Notes: a model not told the origin generated them from the letters alone. DNA of 64,000 bases from Saprospira grandis str. Lewin (GCF_000250635.1 NC_016940.1:1224995-1288994), one strand, 5' to 3'; counted from the stretch's first letter, positions 47,866 to 56,504 are shown. A program made the numbers and translations.

Positions 47866-48768
47866 CTACCAGCGCTCTAAAGTTCGATGACTCACTCCTA
47901 AAGCCTCCCCTGCTTTTTGTAAAGTGCCATATTTCTCTACAGCCCAATATTTAAGTTTTGCCTTAAAGTTTCTAATTAGCTCATCAGCACTTTTATCTTC
48001 GATACTGAATTCATAAATGCCTGTCTCTTTACTTTCGGGAAAATGATTGTATTTCTTGAATCCTGCTATAACTTCTTGCGCCAAATGCTTATCGTCCACC
48101 TCTTTTTCAGCTAAAATATCTCTATAAGATTGATCCCAGCTTATACAAAGTTTATCCAGGTCTCTGAAATTTCCATTAAAGCTATGCCCCTTCTCCTTTA
48201 GGAAATCTTCTAACACTTTAGGGTAAGGCGCTTTTTTAAACCCAAACTTTTTCCAACTTACCTTAAAGTCTTCAACAATCTTAGCGGAACAACTATCAAA
48301 GCTCGGAAACTCCACTACAAGTTGAGCAATGCGATCAAAAAAATGATTGCTCAAGTATTGCCGACTATCTCTTAGGTTCGCAATAGGTTTAGAGGAACTA
48401 AAGACAACACGTACCTCATACTCTTTTTCAGCTAAGCCAAATTTCCCATCCTTAGTCGACAGCCCTTCAAATAACAACTCTTGGCTTTTTTTAGACAAAT
48501 ACTCCACATCCTTAATCAAAAGGATTTTCTGATGTGCTTTTTTTAAAATATGCGCCCAAAAATCTTTTGTCTCTTCGGTTAAGCGCCCTTTTACCATAAT
48601 CACTTCTATTCCTTTTTTTTCTGCAAACTGTTCTAGCCAAAATGTTTTTCCAGTCCCTGTTTTTCCTAGGATAAGAATAGAAAATCGTCCTGGATTCTCA
48701 AGGTAGTTATTCAATTTCTGAATAGCTGCCTTTCTTTTTGCGTGCTGTTTATCTATTGACACTTTCAT
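47866..48768 (-). CDS. Truncated RtcR-like AAA+/HTH regulator lacking both the N-terminal CARF-like domain and the GAFTGA region
   Basis: 300 aa. Walker A 'ILILGKTGTGKTF' sits at residue ~30. 'FFDRIAQLVVEFPSF' matches the sigma54-activator 'FReDLyyRLnV..i.lPpL' segment. 'NGNFRDLDKL' vs E. coli RtcR 'RGNFRELSAS'. C-terminal Fis-type HTH 'LQKAGEALGVSHRTLERW'. No GAFTGA. Confidence 0.6.
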   Translation of the reverse strand: MKVSIDKQHAKRKAAIQKLNNYLENPGRFSILILGKTGTGKTFWLEQFAEKKGIEVIMVKGRLTEETKDFWAHILKKAHQKILLIKDVEYLSKKSQELLFEGLSTKDGKFGLAEKEYEVRVVFSSSKPIANLRDSRQYLSNHFFDRIAQLVVEFPSFDSCSAKIVEDFKVSWKKFGFKKAPYPKVLEDFLKEKGHSFNGNFRDLDKLCISWDQSYRDILAEKEVDDKHLAQEVIAGFKKYNHFPESKETGIYEFSIEDKSADELIRNFKAKLKYWAVEKYGTLQKAGEALGVSHRTLERW

Positions 48769-48887
48769 TTATGTATTTTTTTGCGGGTTATTTAGTCTTT
48801 TTTTGCGGGTATCAATATGCCTCTTACCTATGCCCTACATTTGTAGAGTAATCAGCTGATACACTATTATTTACTTATTTAAAATCA

Positions 48888-49040
48888 ATGCTTATGAAAT
48901 ACGATGGAAAAGATTCTGATGAAATGGAACAACACGATATAGACAATCGTGCTGACCAACTTAACCCCAATAATGATGCATACTGGACTTCTAGAGACTA
49001 TGATGAGCGTCCAAATGATTGGGAAGATCTTGTTGACTAA
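48888..49040 (+). CDS. Unannotated small ORF, 50-aa highly acidic peptide (hypothetical)
   Basis: Translates to 'MLMKYDGKDSDEMEQHDIDNRADQLNPNNDAYWTSRDYDERPNDWEDLVD', codon-checked. Below the 60-aa ORF-track cutoff. Divergent from the truncated regulator gene. Confidence 0.35.
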   Translation: MLMKYDGKDSDEMEQHDIDNRADQLNPNNDAYWTSRDYDERPNDWEDLVD

Positions 49041-49077
49041 CATCCAATAAATTTAATCACTTCTAAATTGACAGAAC

Positions 49078-49179
49078 ATGGCCAAATCAACAAAGAAAAC
49101 AGGCTTAAACCTACCAAGTACAACTGGAAACCCTTCTGGTAAGGGACGTGATAATTGCTCTTCTAAACCAAAGAAGTAG
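49078..49179 (+). CDS. Unannotated small ORF, 33-aa basic Ser/Thr/Gly-rich peptide with one Cys (hypothetical)
   Basis: Translates to 'MAKSTKKTGLNLPSTTGNPSGKGRDNCSSKPKK', codon-checked. Ends 10 bp before a perfect bidirectional terminator. Confidence 0.35.
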   Translation: MAKSTKKTGLNLPSTTGNPSGKGRDNCSSKPKK

Positions 49180-49188
49180 CCCTTTTTT

Positions 49189-49221
49189 ACCGCTATACTA
49201 GTTTTAGTATAGCGGTTTTTT
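49189..49221. terminator. Bidirectional rho-independent terminator
   Basis: 'ccgctatacta gttt tagtatagcgg' is an 11-bp perfect stem, flanked by 'cccttttttac' on one side and 'tttttt' on the other. Confidence 0.8.
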
Positions 49222-49229
49222 ATCTACGC

Positions 49230-50255
49230 CTACTTCCGCATCGTACAGCCTTGGCAAAGGGGCTTTTCCTTATAGTTTTCTACCAATTCTACGTAGGCTT
49301 TACTTTGTAGGACCTCCACAAGGCTGCGGTTCTGAATACTACCAAAGTCGCCTAAGGCTTGCCGCTGCTCATCGGGGGCGCAGCAGGGCGATATTTTCCC
49401 GGTGGCCGAGACCCAAAGTTCTTTATTTAAGAAAGGGCAGTCGTAGTCTTCTGGGACCGCCTCTGCTGCGCCTGCCGTTAGGGGGACAATATTTTCTAGT
49501 AAAACAGCTTTGCCATTGGGCAGTAAATATTGGTCTCTAGCCGCATAGGCCTCTTCTACATATTGGTTCCATTGGGCCATGCTTTGGGCATCCTTACGAA
49601 AAGACAGGTCCTTGATTTCATCAAAATGATCCCACAACTGATGCCCTTTTACCCGATCTACGCCAAGACTAGCCGCTAGCTTGATGATATCGGCTAGTTC
49701 ATGCATATTGTTTTGCATGAAGGTGAGTTGGAAACTCACACGGCAATAATAGCCCGTTTCTGCAAAATGCTGGTCCCTTACAGCCACAAAGCGACGGACA
49801 TGATCTACACACTGCTCGAAGTTAATTCCAGGCATGACTTCCTCAGCCGTTTTGGCTGTGGCCGCATTCCAAGAGATTTTAATGTCTGTGGTTTGTGGTA
49901 CAATCAGTTTGGCCCAAACCTCTACGGGCTTTTTAGGAAAGGTCCCATTGGTGGTCAAGTTGATTTTAATCCCATACTGCTCACTCAAATCAAAGATTTG
50001 CTCAAAGCCTTTATAGAGCAAGGGCTCGCCCATGGTAGAGGGGATAATCTCTTTGACGCCCAAGGCTTGGGCCTGCTCAAAAATCTGGACCACCCACTCA
50101 AAAGGCATACGGCGACGCTTGACGCCCGTGTTTTTATAGAGGTCTGCGATAAATGTACTATAAGGACTATGCTCCTCGCACATAATACAATGCAAGTTGC
50201 AATCTTCAGGGTTGGTGTCTATGGTAATTCGCCAAAAGTCTTTAGGCTTGGACAT
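49230..50255 (-). CDS. Radical SAM enzyme with C-terminal SPASM/twitch-type auxiliary-cluster domain
   Basis: 'EDCNLHCIMCEE' is C-x3-C-x2-C at residues 19-26. C-terminal 'CPFLNKELWVSATGKISPCC' fits C-x12-G-x4-C-C. Terminal 'PLCQGCTMRK'. 341 aa. Confidence 0.75.
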   Translation of the reverse strand: MSKPKDFWRITIDTNPEDCNLHCIMCEEHSPYSTFIADLYKNTGVKRRRMPFEWVVQIFEQAQALGVKEIIPSTMGEPLLYKGFEQIFDLSEQYGIKINLTTNGTFPKKPVEVWAKLIVPQTTDIKISWNAATAKTAEEVMPGINFEQCVDHVRRFVAVRDQHFAETGYYCRVSFQLTFMQNNMHELADIIKLAASLGVDRVKGHQLWDHFDEIKDLSFRKDAQSMAQWNQYVEEAYAARDQYLLPNGKAVLLENIVPLTAGAAEAVPEDYDCPFLNKELWVSATGKISPCCAPDEQRQALGDFGSIQNRSLVEVLQSKAYVELVENYKEKPLCQGCTMRK

Positions 50256-51531
50256 GCAAAATAGCTTTATACTGTTCTAAAATGGTTGCTGTATGTGTTT
50301 TTATATCAGGGACCTCTCCGGCGGCATCATAGAGATAGCCTCTTTGGCCCAATTGCTTCATTTCTTCGGGATGTTGAATGGCCCAGGCCATTTGCTCTTG
50401 CAATGATGGACCATCTCGGTGCTTGAAGAGCAGGCCATTGACCCCATGCGCTACATATTCTGCCATGCCGCCATAATCTGCCGTGATGACAGGCAAACGA
50501 GCCGCCTGCGCCTCATGAATCACCAAAGGAGAGTTTTCGCCCCAAATAGAAGGGACCACAATGGCATCTACCTGAGCAAAGACCTCTTGGACCAAATCTT
50601 CATTGGCATAGCCCCCACAAAATGAAATCCGCTGACTTTGTGCTGCGCTCATGGCGTTTAAGGCCTTTTGGCTTTGGCTGTCTTTCCAGCCCCAAATCTT
50701 TAGCTCTGCCGCTTGATCCAAGCCCTTAAAGGCCTCTATGAGTAGGTTGACCCCCTTGGCGGGAATATGCGTGCCGATATACCCAAAGCGAAAAGGTCCA
50801 GCTTTTCGAGCTGTTTTGGGCGGACTTAAATAATGCGTTGGAAAGCCATAATCTAGATAACTTACTTTTTCGGCAGGCAAATTAAAGTCCTTGATAAAGC
50901 GATTCATCAGATAGCGAGAGGGCGCAATAAAATGATCGACTAGCCCAATAATTTCTCTTGTTTTCTGCATCCGTCGGCCGATCCATCGGCTCCAATAGGC
51001 TAGGTCTTCGGCTTCTTCTTCTGGATGGCCAGAAAAGAGCATTTTGTAGCAAGAGGCCGCACATTTTTGGTCCTCTTGACCCGTACAGAGCTGATAGCAG
51101 TTTTGGCCATCAAAGTTGCGCTGTAGAAACTGACCTCGGGGACACATCAGCCAGAAGTCATGCAAGGTAAAGAGAATAGGCACCCCCGCCTTTTTCAGCG
51201 CTTGGACCAAGCCCAAGGACAGATGATTAAGATGGCCAATATGAGCCACATCTGGACGGTCTTGGGCCAAAATAGCCGCCAGCTTTTGGTCGACCTGCGG
51301 CTGCCAATAGCCATCTTTGTCTCTGGGCATATTGACCAAATGAAACTGTAAGCCCTGCTCATCTTTAAAAGAACGCAGCTCAAAATCTGGCCGATAAGGT
51401 TCCTCCTCTCGGCTGAAAATGCTGAGCCGATGCCCCTGCCGATGCAGTTCTTGGCAGAGGCTCTGGCTATAGACTTCGGAGCCTGCACTGTAGCCCGGCG
51501 GATAGCCATGAATAATTTTTAGAATGTGCAT
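50242..51531 (-). CDS. GT4-family (GT-B) glycosyltransferase with a Cys-rich insertion
   Basis: N-terminal 'MHILKIIHGYPPGYSAGSEVYSQSLCQELHRQGH'. C-terminal 'VVPSIWGENSPLVIHEAQAARLPVITADYGGMAEYVAHGVNGLLF' is the E-x7-E sugar-donor motif region. Insert 'CPRGQF..CYQLCTGQEDQKCAASCY'. Overlaps the radical-SAM start by 14 nt, which argues for an operon. Confidence 0.75.
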   Translation of the reverse strand: MHILKIIHGYPPGYSAGSEVYSQSLCQELHRQGHRLSIFSREEEPYRPDFELRSFKDEQGLQFHLVNMPRDKDGYWQPQVDQKLAAILAQDRPDVAHIGHLNHLSLGLVQALKKAGVPILFTLHDFWLMCPRGQFLQRNFDGQNCYQLCTGQEDQKCAASCYKMLFSGHPEEEAEDLAYWSRWIGRRMQKTREIIGLVDHFIAPSRYLMNRFIKDFNLPAEKVSYLDYGFPTHYLSPPKTARKAGPFRFGYIGTHIPAKGVNLLIEAFKGLDQAAELKIWGWKDSQSQKALNAMSAAQSQRISFCGGYANEDLVQEVFAQVDAIVVPSIWGENSPLVIHEAQAARLPVITADYGGMAEYVAHGVNGLLFKHRDGPSLQEQMAWAIQHPEEMKQLGQRGYLYDAAGEVPDIKTHTATILEQYKAILHVQA

Positions 51532-51944
51532 TTTTTCAATTTATGGTTTAGGGAAGGCTGTTGGGAACTAGCTCAAAAGGAGAGTTTTGTCTTTGTGCCC
51601 CTTTTGTGCTCCACTTATTTCAGCTAATCAAAAGGATGTGCCAAAAAACAAAAACCAACTAAACAACTAACAACCAACAACTTACAAAAACAAGCTAATT
51701 TAAAGCTGCTGTAAAATTTTGGAATCTATGTATTTTTTTACAGTTTCAGGATAAATTTAGGGCAATACTTAGGCGGCTTCGCCGCCTTGGCCGAAGGCCA
51801 AATGGCTAAAGGCCAAATAGCAGTCCTCTCACTTCTATCCTTTGATGCAATTTCCTGCTATTCTGCGTTATTTTTCTCAGCCATAGCTAGGGCTATGCCT
51901 TTAAAAAATGCCTTGAGTAGCCTGAAATTTCTATCCAAGGATGG

Positions 51945-52090
51945 CCGAAGCGAAGGGCTTCTATTTGGCCTAGCGCTGCGGCGGGGTGGCCCAAAGGGCC
52001 AGACCTAGGCGGCAAAGCCGCCGCAGGGCCGAGCAGACCTGCGAGCCCCAAAGCATAGCGCCCGCAGCTTGCTGCGGGAGGCCCCAAAAG
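51945..52090. repeat. GC-rich repeat, variant A, reverse (a separate fragment lies at ~51765-51800)
   Basis: Sequence 'ggcctagcgctgcggcggggtggcccaaagggccagacctaggcggcaaagccgccgcagggccgagcagacctgcgagccccaaagcatagcgcccgcagcttgctgcgggaggccccaaaag'. Confidence 0.85.
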
Positions 52091-52113
52091 CCCCTCATTT
52101 AACCCTCAAAACT

Positions 52114-53940
52114 ATGGCAAAAGAAAACATTTACATCAGTTGGCATTATACTACTCATGGTATTGCATTTTTGCAGCATCAATTGGCGGCTTTTTGGCGG
52201 GGGGAGCTGCAATTATCGGAAAAGCCCTTGTATAAGGAAGGGCTTTGTCAGTTAGAATTGAGCGAGGCCTTTTCGGCAAATCGGCAGCCTGGATTTTTAT
52301 TTGACAAGGTCTATTATTTATGTGCCGAGCAGACTGTTTTGGACCGTTTATCTCTTCGGCGTTTGAGCTATCGGAAGAATATGTATGAGGTAGACAAAGC
52401 AGTGGAGGAGACGCAGATGCAGGAGGTTTGGAGAGAGGTGATTGCGCAGGATCTTTCCTCTTGGGTAGATGAGATGGCTTATGTAAAGGAACATTATCCC
52501 GATCGTTTGGAAGACTTTGAGGGGCAAATTTGGCGGGATATGCAGCATTATCCCATTGACAGTCAGCTAGCATGGTTTAGGAGAAGGTCGCCTGCTGCGC
52601 CTTATTATCAAGCTCGTTTTGAGGCCATTCATTTTAGCCAAGAAGAGCTACCAAACTTGCGAGACGAGCAGAGTATTTTGGCTGTTTTGCAAGGATTTTT
52701 CAAAACTCTTTTGGCCCATCATGGGGCCGAGGCCAATTATATCATCAATGTCAGTTTGGGCAGTAATGAAACGCAGGTCGCTTGGTTTGTCCTGGCCGAG
52801 GCGGGGCTCTTGCCCCCCAACTGTCGATTCATCAAGGTCTATGATGTTAAGACCAAAGGCGCAGATCCTCGTTTTAAGAATTTCCAAATTCAGGAGATTC
52901 CCAGCCGCCTAATTTCTAGTTTATCGGCCAACTTATATGAGCATGACAACCTACAATCGCCCCAGCGGCGTTTGGCTGATCTCAAGATGAAGACCTATAT
53001 AGAGCAAGGTTTTGCCATATTGATTTTGGGCGAAAGAGGAACGGGAAAATCCAGAATGATTTCAAGATTGGAGCGAGAAAACCGCAAGGTCTTAGCCATC
53101 AATTGTGCCTCCTTTGATGATGATAACAAGGCTGAATCGGAGTTTTTTGGACATAGCAAGGGGGCCTATACTGGGGCAGATCAAGCCAAAAAGGGCTTAT
53201 TTGAAGAAGCTCGGGGCGGAATTCTCTTCTTTGATGAGGTACATCATTTGAGTAAGCGGGTACAGGGCAAACTCATGAAAGCCCTACAAACCGATGAGAA
53301 CAACAACTATCGTTTTCGGCCCATGGGGAGCAGCCAAGAACAGCAAAGTCAGTTTACTGCTGTTTTTGCTAGCAACAAAAGTATTGAAGAGCTGCGGGAG
53401 CTTTTATTGGCCGACTTCTTTGATCGTATCTCTCAGCTCCTGATTGAGCTGCCCCCACTGCGGGAAAGTCGAGATGAAATTGAAAAAGACTGGGAAACCG
53501 TTTGGACGCAACTGCGCTTTGCCCCTAGCTACCCCTGTCCTAAATCTCCAGAGCTTTTCCAATGGCTCAAAAAGCAGCCTTTGTGGGGCAACTTTAGAGA
53601 TTTGCAAAAGATAGCCATCTATTATAAGGCCTTTATGGATTTACCCCAAGAGGCTCAACAACTAGAGGGAGTAGATAGCCCTCTGGCCTTTGCCAAAAAG
53701 GAGTTTAAGGCCTATCATGGGCATTTTCCTAAGCAAACTAAGTTGCCCCAAGCCTTTCAAGACCTCTTTGATCTGGAGCTCATTGCCTCAGAGACAGAAG
53801 AAAAGACCTATAAAATTCTGGAGAAGCGCTATAAAAAGGCCCTTATTAGTTGGGTAGAGGAAAACTTTCCCGCTCAACCGGTTTGGGAGATTTTAGGCAT
53901 GAGCGAAAGTAATTACTACAAGATGAAGAAAGAGGGCTAA
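52114..53940 (+). CDS. rtcR: RtcR-like sigma54-dependent transcriptional regulator with N-terminal CARF-like sensor domain
   Basis: Compared with recalled E. coli RtcR: 'ETQVAWFVLAEAGLLPPNCRFIK' vs 'THVAQICWFLLAEARYLPARLIQ' (end of CARF domain); 'ILILGERGTGKSRM' vs 'ILLNGPTGAGKSFL'; 'ESEFFGHSKGAYTGA' vs 'MSTLFGHVKGAFTGA' (GAFTGA loop); 'GGILFFDEVHHL'; 'DFFDRISQLLIELPPLRESRDEIEKD'; 'GNFRDLQKIAIYY'. Start set at ATG 52114 ('MAKENIYISW'), downstream of the repeat. Confidence 0.75.
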   Translation: MAKENIYISWHYTTHGIAFLQHQLAAFWRGELQLSEKPLYKEGLCQLELSEAFSANRQPGFLFDKVYYLCAEQTVLDRLSLRRLSYRKNMYEVDKAVEETQMQEVWREVIAQDLSSWVDEMAYVKEHYPDRLEDFEGQIWRDMQHYPIDSQLAWFRRRSPAAPYYQARFEAIHFSQEELPNLRDEQSILAVLQGFFKTLLAHHGAEANYIINVSLGSNETQVAWFVLAEAGLLPPNCRFIKVYDVKTKGADPRFKNFQIQEIPSRLISSLSANLYEHDNLQSPQRRLADLKMKTYIEQGFAILILGERGTGKSRMISRLERENRKVLAINCASFDDDNKAESEFFGHSKGAYTGADQAKKGLFEEARGGILFFDEVHHLSKRVQGKLMKALQTDENNNYRFRPMGSSQEQQSQFTAVFASNKSIEELRELLLADFFDRISQLLIELPPLRESRDEIEKDWETVWTQLRFAPSYPCPKSPELFQWLKKQPLWGNFRDLQKIAIYYKAFMDLPQEAQQLEGVDSPLAFAKKEFKAYHGHFPKQTKLPQAFQDLFDLELIASETEEKTYKILEKRYKKALISWVEENFPAQPVWEILGMSESNYYKMKKEG

Positions 53941-53950
53941 ATAAGAGGGT

Positions 53951-54490
53951 TTAGGCCTCGGTTCTCAAAAGCGCATAATGGTATTCATCCCAAAATTGGC
54001 CCGCCTTATAAACCGCTTCTAGAGATTTGCCCTCTAAACGGAAGCCTGCAGCTTCTAATACCTTGACCGAGCCCAGATTAAAGCTGAATACGGTCCCCAC
54101 CACCCGATGTAAGTCTGGATAACGGCCCCAAGCCCGCTCTAAGAATAAGGGCAAGATCTTTTTCATCAGCCCTCGGCCCCAAAAGGCAGGCGTTAACCAA
54201 TAGCCAATTTCCATATTGTAGCGCCAAACATCTTGCTGTGCATGCAGACCAATTCCCCCAATCAATTGCTCTTGGGCAAAGATGGCTAAGATGCCCCCAT
54301 CCGAAGGGATGGCTACCTGATTCACAAAGGCCTCTGCAGTGGCTAAGGTATATGGCGAAGCAAAACGATCGCTCATGCCTTTGGCCACTTCTGGATAATC
54401 GGCAGCCTGCTGTAAGGCCGCTGTATATTCGGGCCGAAATAGGCGTAGGGAGTAGGCCTCGCCATTTAGTTCAAATTCTATCTCTTTCAT
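53951..54490 (-). CDS. GNAT-family N-acetyltransferase (RimJ/RimL-like)
   Basis: 179 aa. Motif A region 'QLIGGIGLHAQQDVWRYNMEIGYWLTPAFWGRGLM'. Confidence 0.7.
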   Translation of the reverse strand: MKEIEFELNGEAYSLRLFRPEYTAALQQAADYPEVAKGMSDRFASPYTLATAEAFVNQVAIPSDGGILAIFAQEQLIGGIGLHAQQDVWRYNMEIGYWLTPAFWGRGLMKKILPLFLERAWGRYPDLHRVVGTVFSFNLGSVKVLEAAGFRLEGKSLEAVYKAGQFWDEYHYALLRTEA

Positions 54491-54499
54491 TTTTTATCT

Positions 54500-55720
54500 T
54501 TGAGTTCACTCAGAATTATTGACATGATTAAGATAGATAAAATAAAACAACTGGCCCAAGAACAACTAGAGCAATGGATCAGCATTCGCCGACATCTTCA
54601 CCAATATCCAGAACTCTCTTTTGAAGAATGGGAAACCGCTAATTATATCGCCTCTTGCCTAGACCGCTGGGGCATTAGCTACCAAAGAGGCATGGTCAAA
54701 ACAGGGATTTTTGCCCAAATTGAAGGCAAAAATCCCGATGCGGCCTGCATTACGCTCCGTGCCGATATAGATGCGCTCCCTATCCAGGAGCAGACGGGCC
54801 TGCCCTTTAGCTCTAAGAATGAGGGCCGTATGCACGCCTGCGGCCATGATGTACATACGACTTCCCTACTCGCTACCGCTTTTATCCTTAATGAACTTAA
54901 GGAGGAGTTTGAGGGCCGCGTTCAACTGATTTTCCAACCCGGCGAGGAGCTACTACCCGGCGGCGCTAGCCAGGTCTTGGCCGAGGGTTGGCTGGATCAA
55001 AGCCGAGATTTTCCGATTCTGGGCCAGCATGTAGAGCCTGGCCTGCCTGCTGGACAGGTAGGTTTTCATCCCGGCCCTTTTATGGCCTCCGCCGATGAGC
55101 TTTATCTCTCTGTTTATGGTAAGGGGGGACATGCCGCCCGACCCCAAGATTGCAATGATGTGGTCCTGATTGCCTCGCATTTGGTCATTGCCCTACAGCA
55201 GTTAATTAGCCGATTTAGAGACCCGCTGCAGCCTTCGGTCCTTAGTTTTGGCAAGATGAATACGGCTGGCGGGGCCACCAATGTATTGCCCGAACGCATT
55301 GATCTTGAAGGCACATTCAGGGCATTCAATGAAGAATGGCGAGCCGAGGCGCATCAAAAAATGCAGCAGCTCTGTCAGCAAATGGCCCAAAGTATGGGTG
55401 GCCGTGCCGAGCTAGAAATCAGAAAGGGCTACCCCTACCTACACAATGAAGAAAGCCTAACGCATAGCCTGATGCAGGCCGCCCGTGACTATGTCGGCAA
55501 GGATAATTTGGTCCTTCTTCCCCAACGCATGGGGGCCGAAGATTTTGGCTTTTATGCCCAACAAATGCCCGCCTGCTTCTATCGCTTGGGCACGGGCATT
55601 GGTCCAGGTTTGCACCACCCCAAGTTTTCTCCAGATGAAAAAACGGCCCTCCCCTTGGGGGCTGGGCTTATGGCCTATCTGGCCCTTTTTCAGCTAAATC
55701 AACAGATCAAAAAGGCCTAG
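54500..55720 (+). CDS. M20D-family amidohydrolase (N-acyl-amino-acid amidohydrolase / hippurate-hydrolase-like)
   Basis: 'RMHACGHDVHT' metal-binding motif characteristic of M20D. 406 aa. Confidence 0.8.
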   Translation: MSSLRIIDMIKIDKIKQLAQEQLEQWISIRRHLHQYPELSFEEWETANYIASCLDRWGISYQRGMVKTGIFAQIEGKNPDAACITLRADIDALPIQEQTGLPFSSKNEGRMHACGHDVHTTSLLATAFILNELKEEFEGRVQLIFQPGEELLPGGASQVLAEGWLDQSRDFPILGQHVEPGLPAGQVGFHPGPFMASADELYLSVYGKGGHAARPQDCNDVVLIASHLVIALQQLISRFRDPLQPSVLSFGKMNTAGGATNVLPERIDLEGTFRAFNEEWRAEAHQKMQQLCQQMAQSMGGRAELEIRKGYPYLHNEESLTHSLMQAARDYVGKDNLVLLPQRMGAEDFGFYAQQMPACFYRLGTGIGPGLHHPKFSPDEKTALPLGAGLMAYLALFQLNQQIKKA

Positions 55721-55802
55721 TTGTTTGCTTGCTTTTGCTTAACTTGCAGCCAATTCGCATTTCAAACATAGAGGCTCGACCTCTTCAAAGCTTTTTATTT
55801 CT

Positions 55803-56459
55803 ATGAAATTTTTTGTGGATACGGCCAATCTGGCCCAAATTAAAGAAGCCGCCGATCTTGGCGTTTTGGATGGTGTAACCACCAATCCCTCTCTCATGGC
55901 CAAAGAAGGCATCAAAGGCGAGGAGGCCGTCCGCCAGCATTATCTAAACATCTGCAAGCTTGTAGATGGCCCCGTAAGTGCCGAAGTGATTTCCACCGAT
56001 TTTGAGGGCATGATCAAAGAAGGCGAAGCCCTAGCCGCCCTACACCCCAATATCGTCGTGAAGGTCCCTATGATTGAGGATGGCGTGAAGGCCCTTCGCT
56101 ATTTTAGCGACAAAGGCATCAAGACCAACTGTACCCTCGTCTTTTCTGCTGGACAGGCTATTTTGGCCGCCAAAGCAGGCGCTACCTATGTTTCTCCCTT
56201 TATTGGCCGCATTGACGACATTAACTGGAGTGGCGTGGAGTTGATCGAGCAGATTGTACATATCTACCAAAACTTTGCTTTCCGCACTCAGGTTTTGGCC
56301 GCCTCTATCCGCAATCCCTTGCATATTGTGCAGTGCGCAGAACTTGGCGCCGATGTGGTCACTTGCCCCCTTTCTGCCATGAAAGGCATGCTCAAACATC
56401 CACTTACCGATATTGGCTTGCAAAAGTTTTTGGCCGATCACGCTAAAAATAATGGCTAG
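55803..56459 (+). CDS. fsa: Fructose-6-phosphate aldolase / transaldolase-family protein (Fsa/TalC type)
   Basis: 'MKFFVDTANLAQIKEAADLGVLDGVTTNPSLMAKEG' canonical N-terminus. 218 aa. Schiff-base Lys context 'VVKVP'. Confidence 0.9.
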   Translation: MKFFVDTANLAQIKEAADLGVLDGVTTNPSLMAKEGIKGEEAVRQHYLNICKLVDGPVSAEVISTDFEGMIKEGEALAALHPNIVVKVPMIEDGVKALRYFSDKGIKTNCTLVFSAGQAILAAKAGATYVSPFIGRIDDINWSGVELIEQIVHIYQNFAFRTQVLAASIRNPLHIVQCAELGADVVTCPLSAMKGMLKHPLTDIGLQKFLADHAKNNG

Positions 56460-56504
56460 TTAAAGCCCAAGAAGATAAAGGCTGCTGAAAAGTAGCCTTT
56501 TTTT

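Noticed and set aside
48888-49179. Assignment of the small ORFs to Haft's 'GG-Bacteroidales' RiPP precursor family
   Set aside because: Neither peptide has the characteristic Lys-rich leader ending in a Gly-Gly cleavage motif. They are reported only as generic candidate precursors.
51532-51780. Sigma54 promoter (TGGCAC-N5-TTGC) on the minus strand upstream of the GT/rSAM operon
   Set aside because: Only a weak partial match was found ('tcaaaaggatGTGCCAaaaa' around 51630-51650 has the -24 GG in reverse complement but no convincing -12 GC element at the right spacing). Not called.
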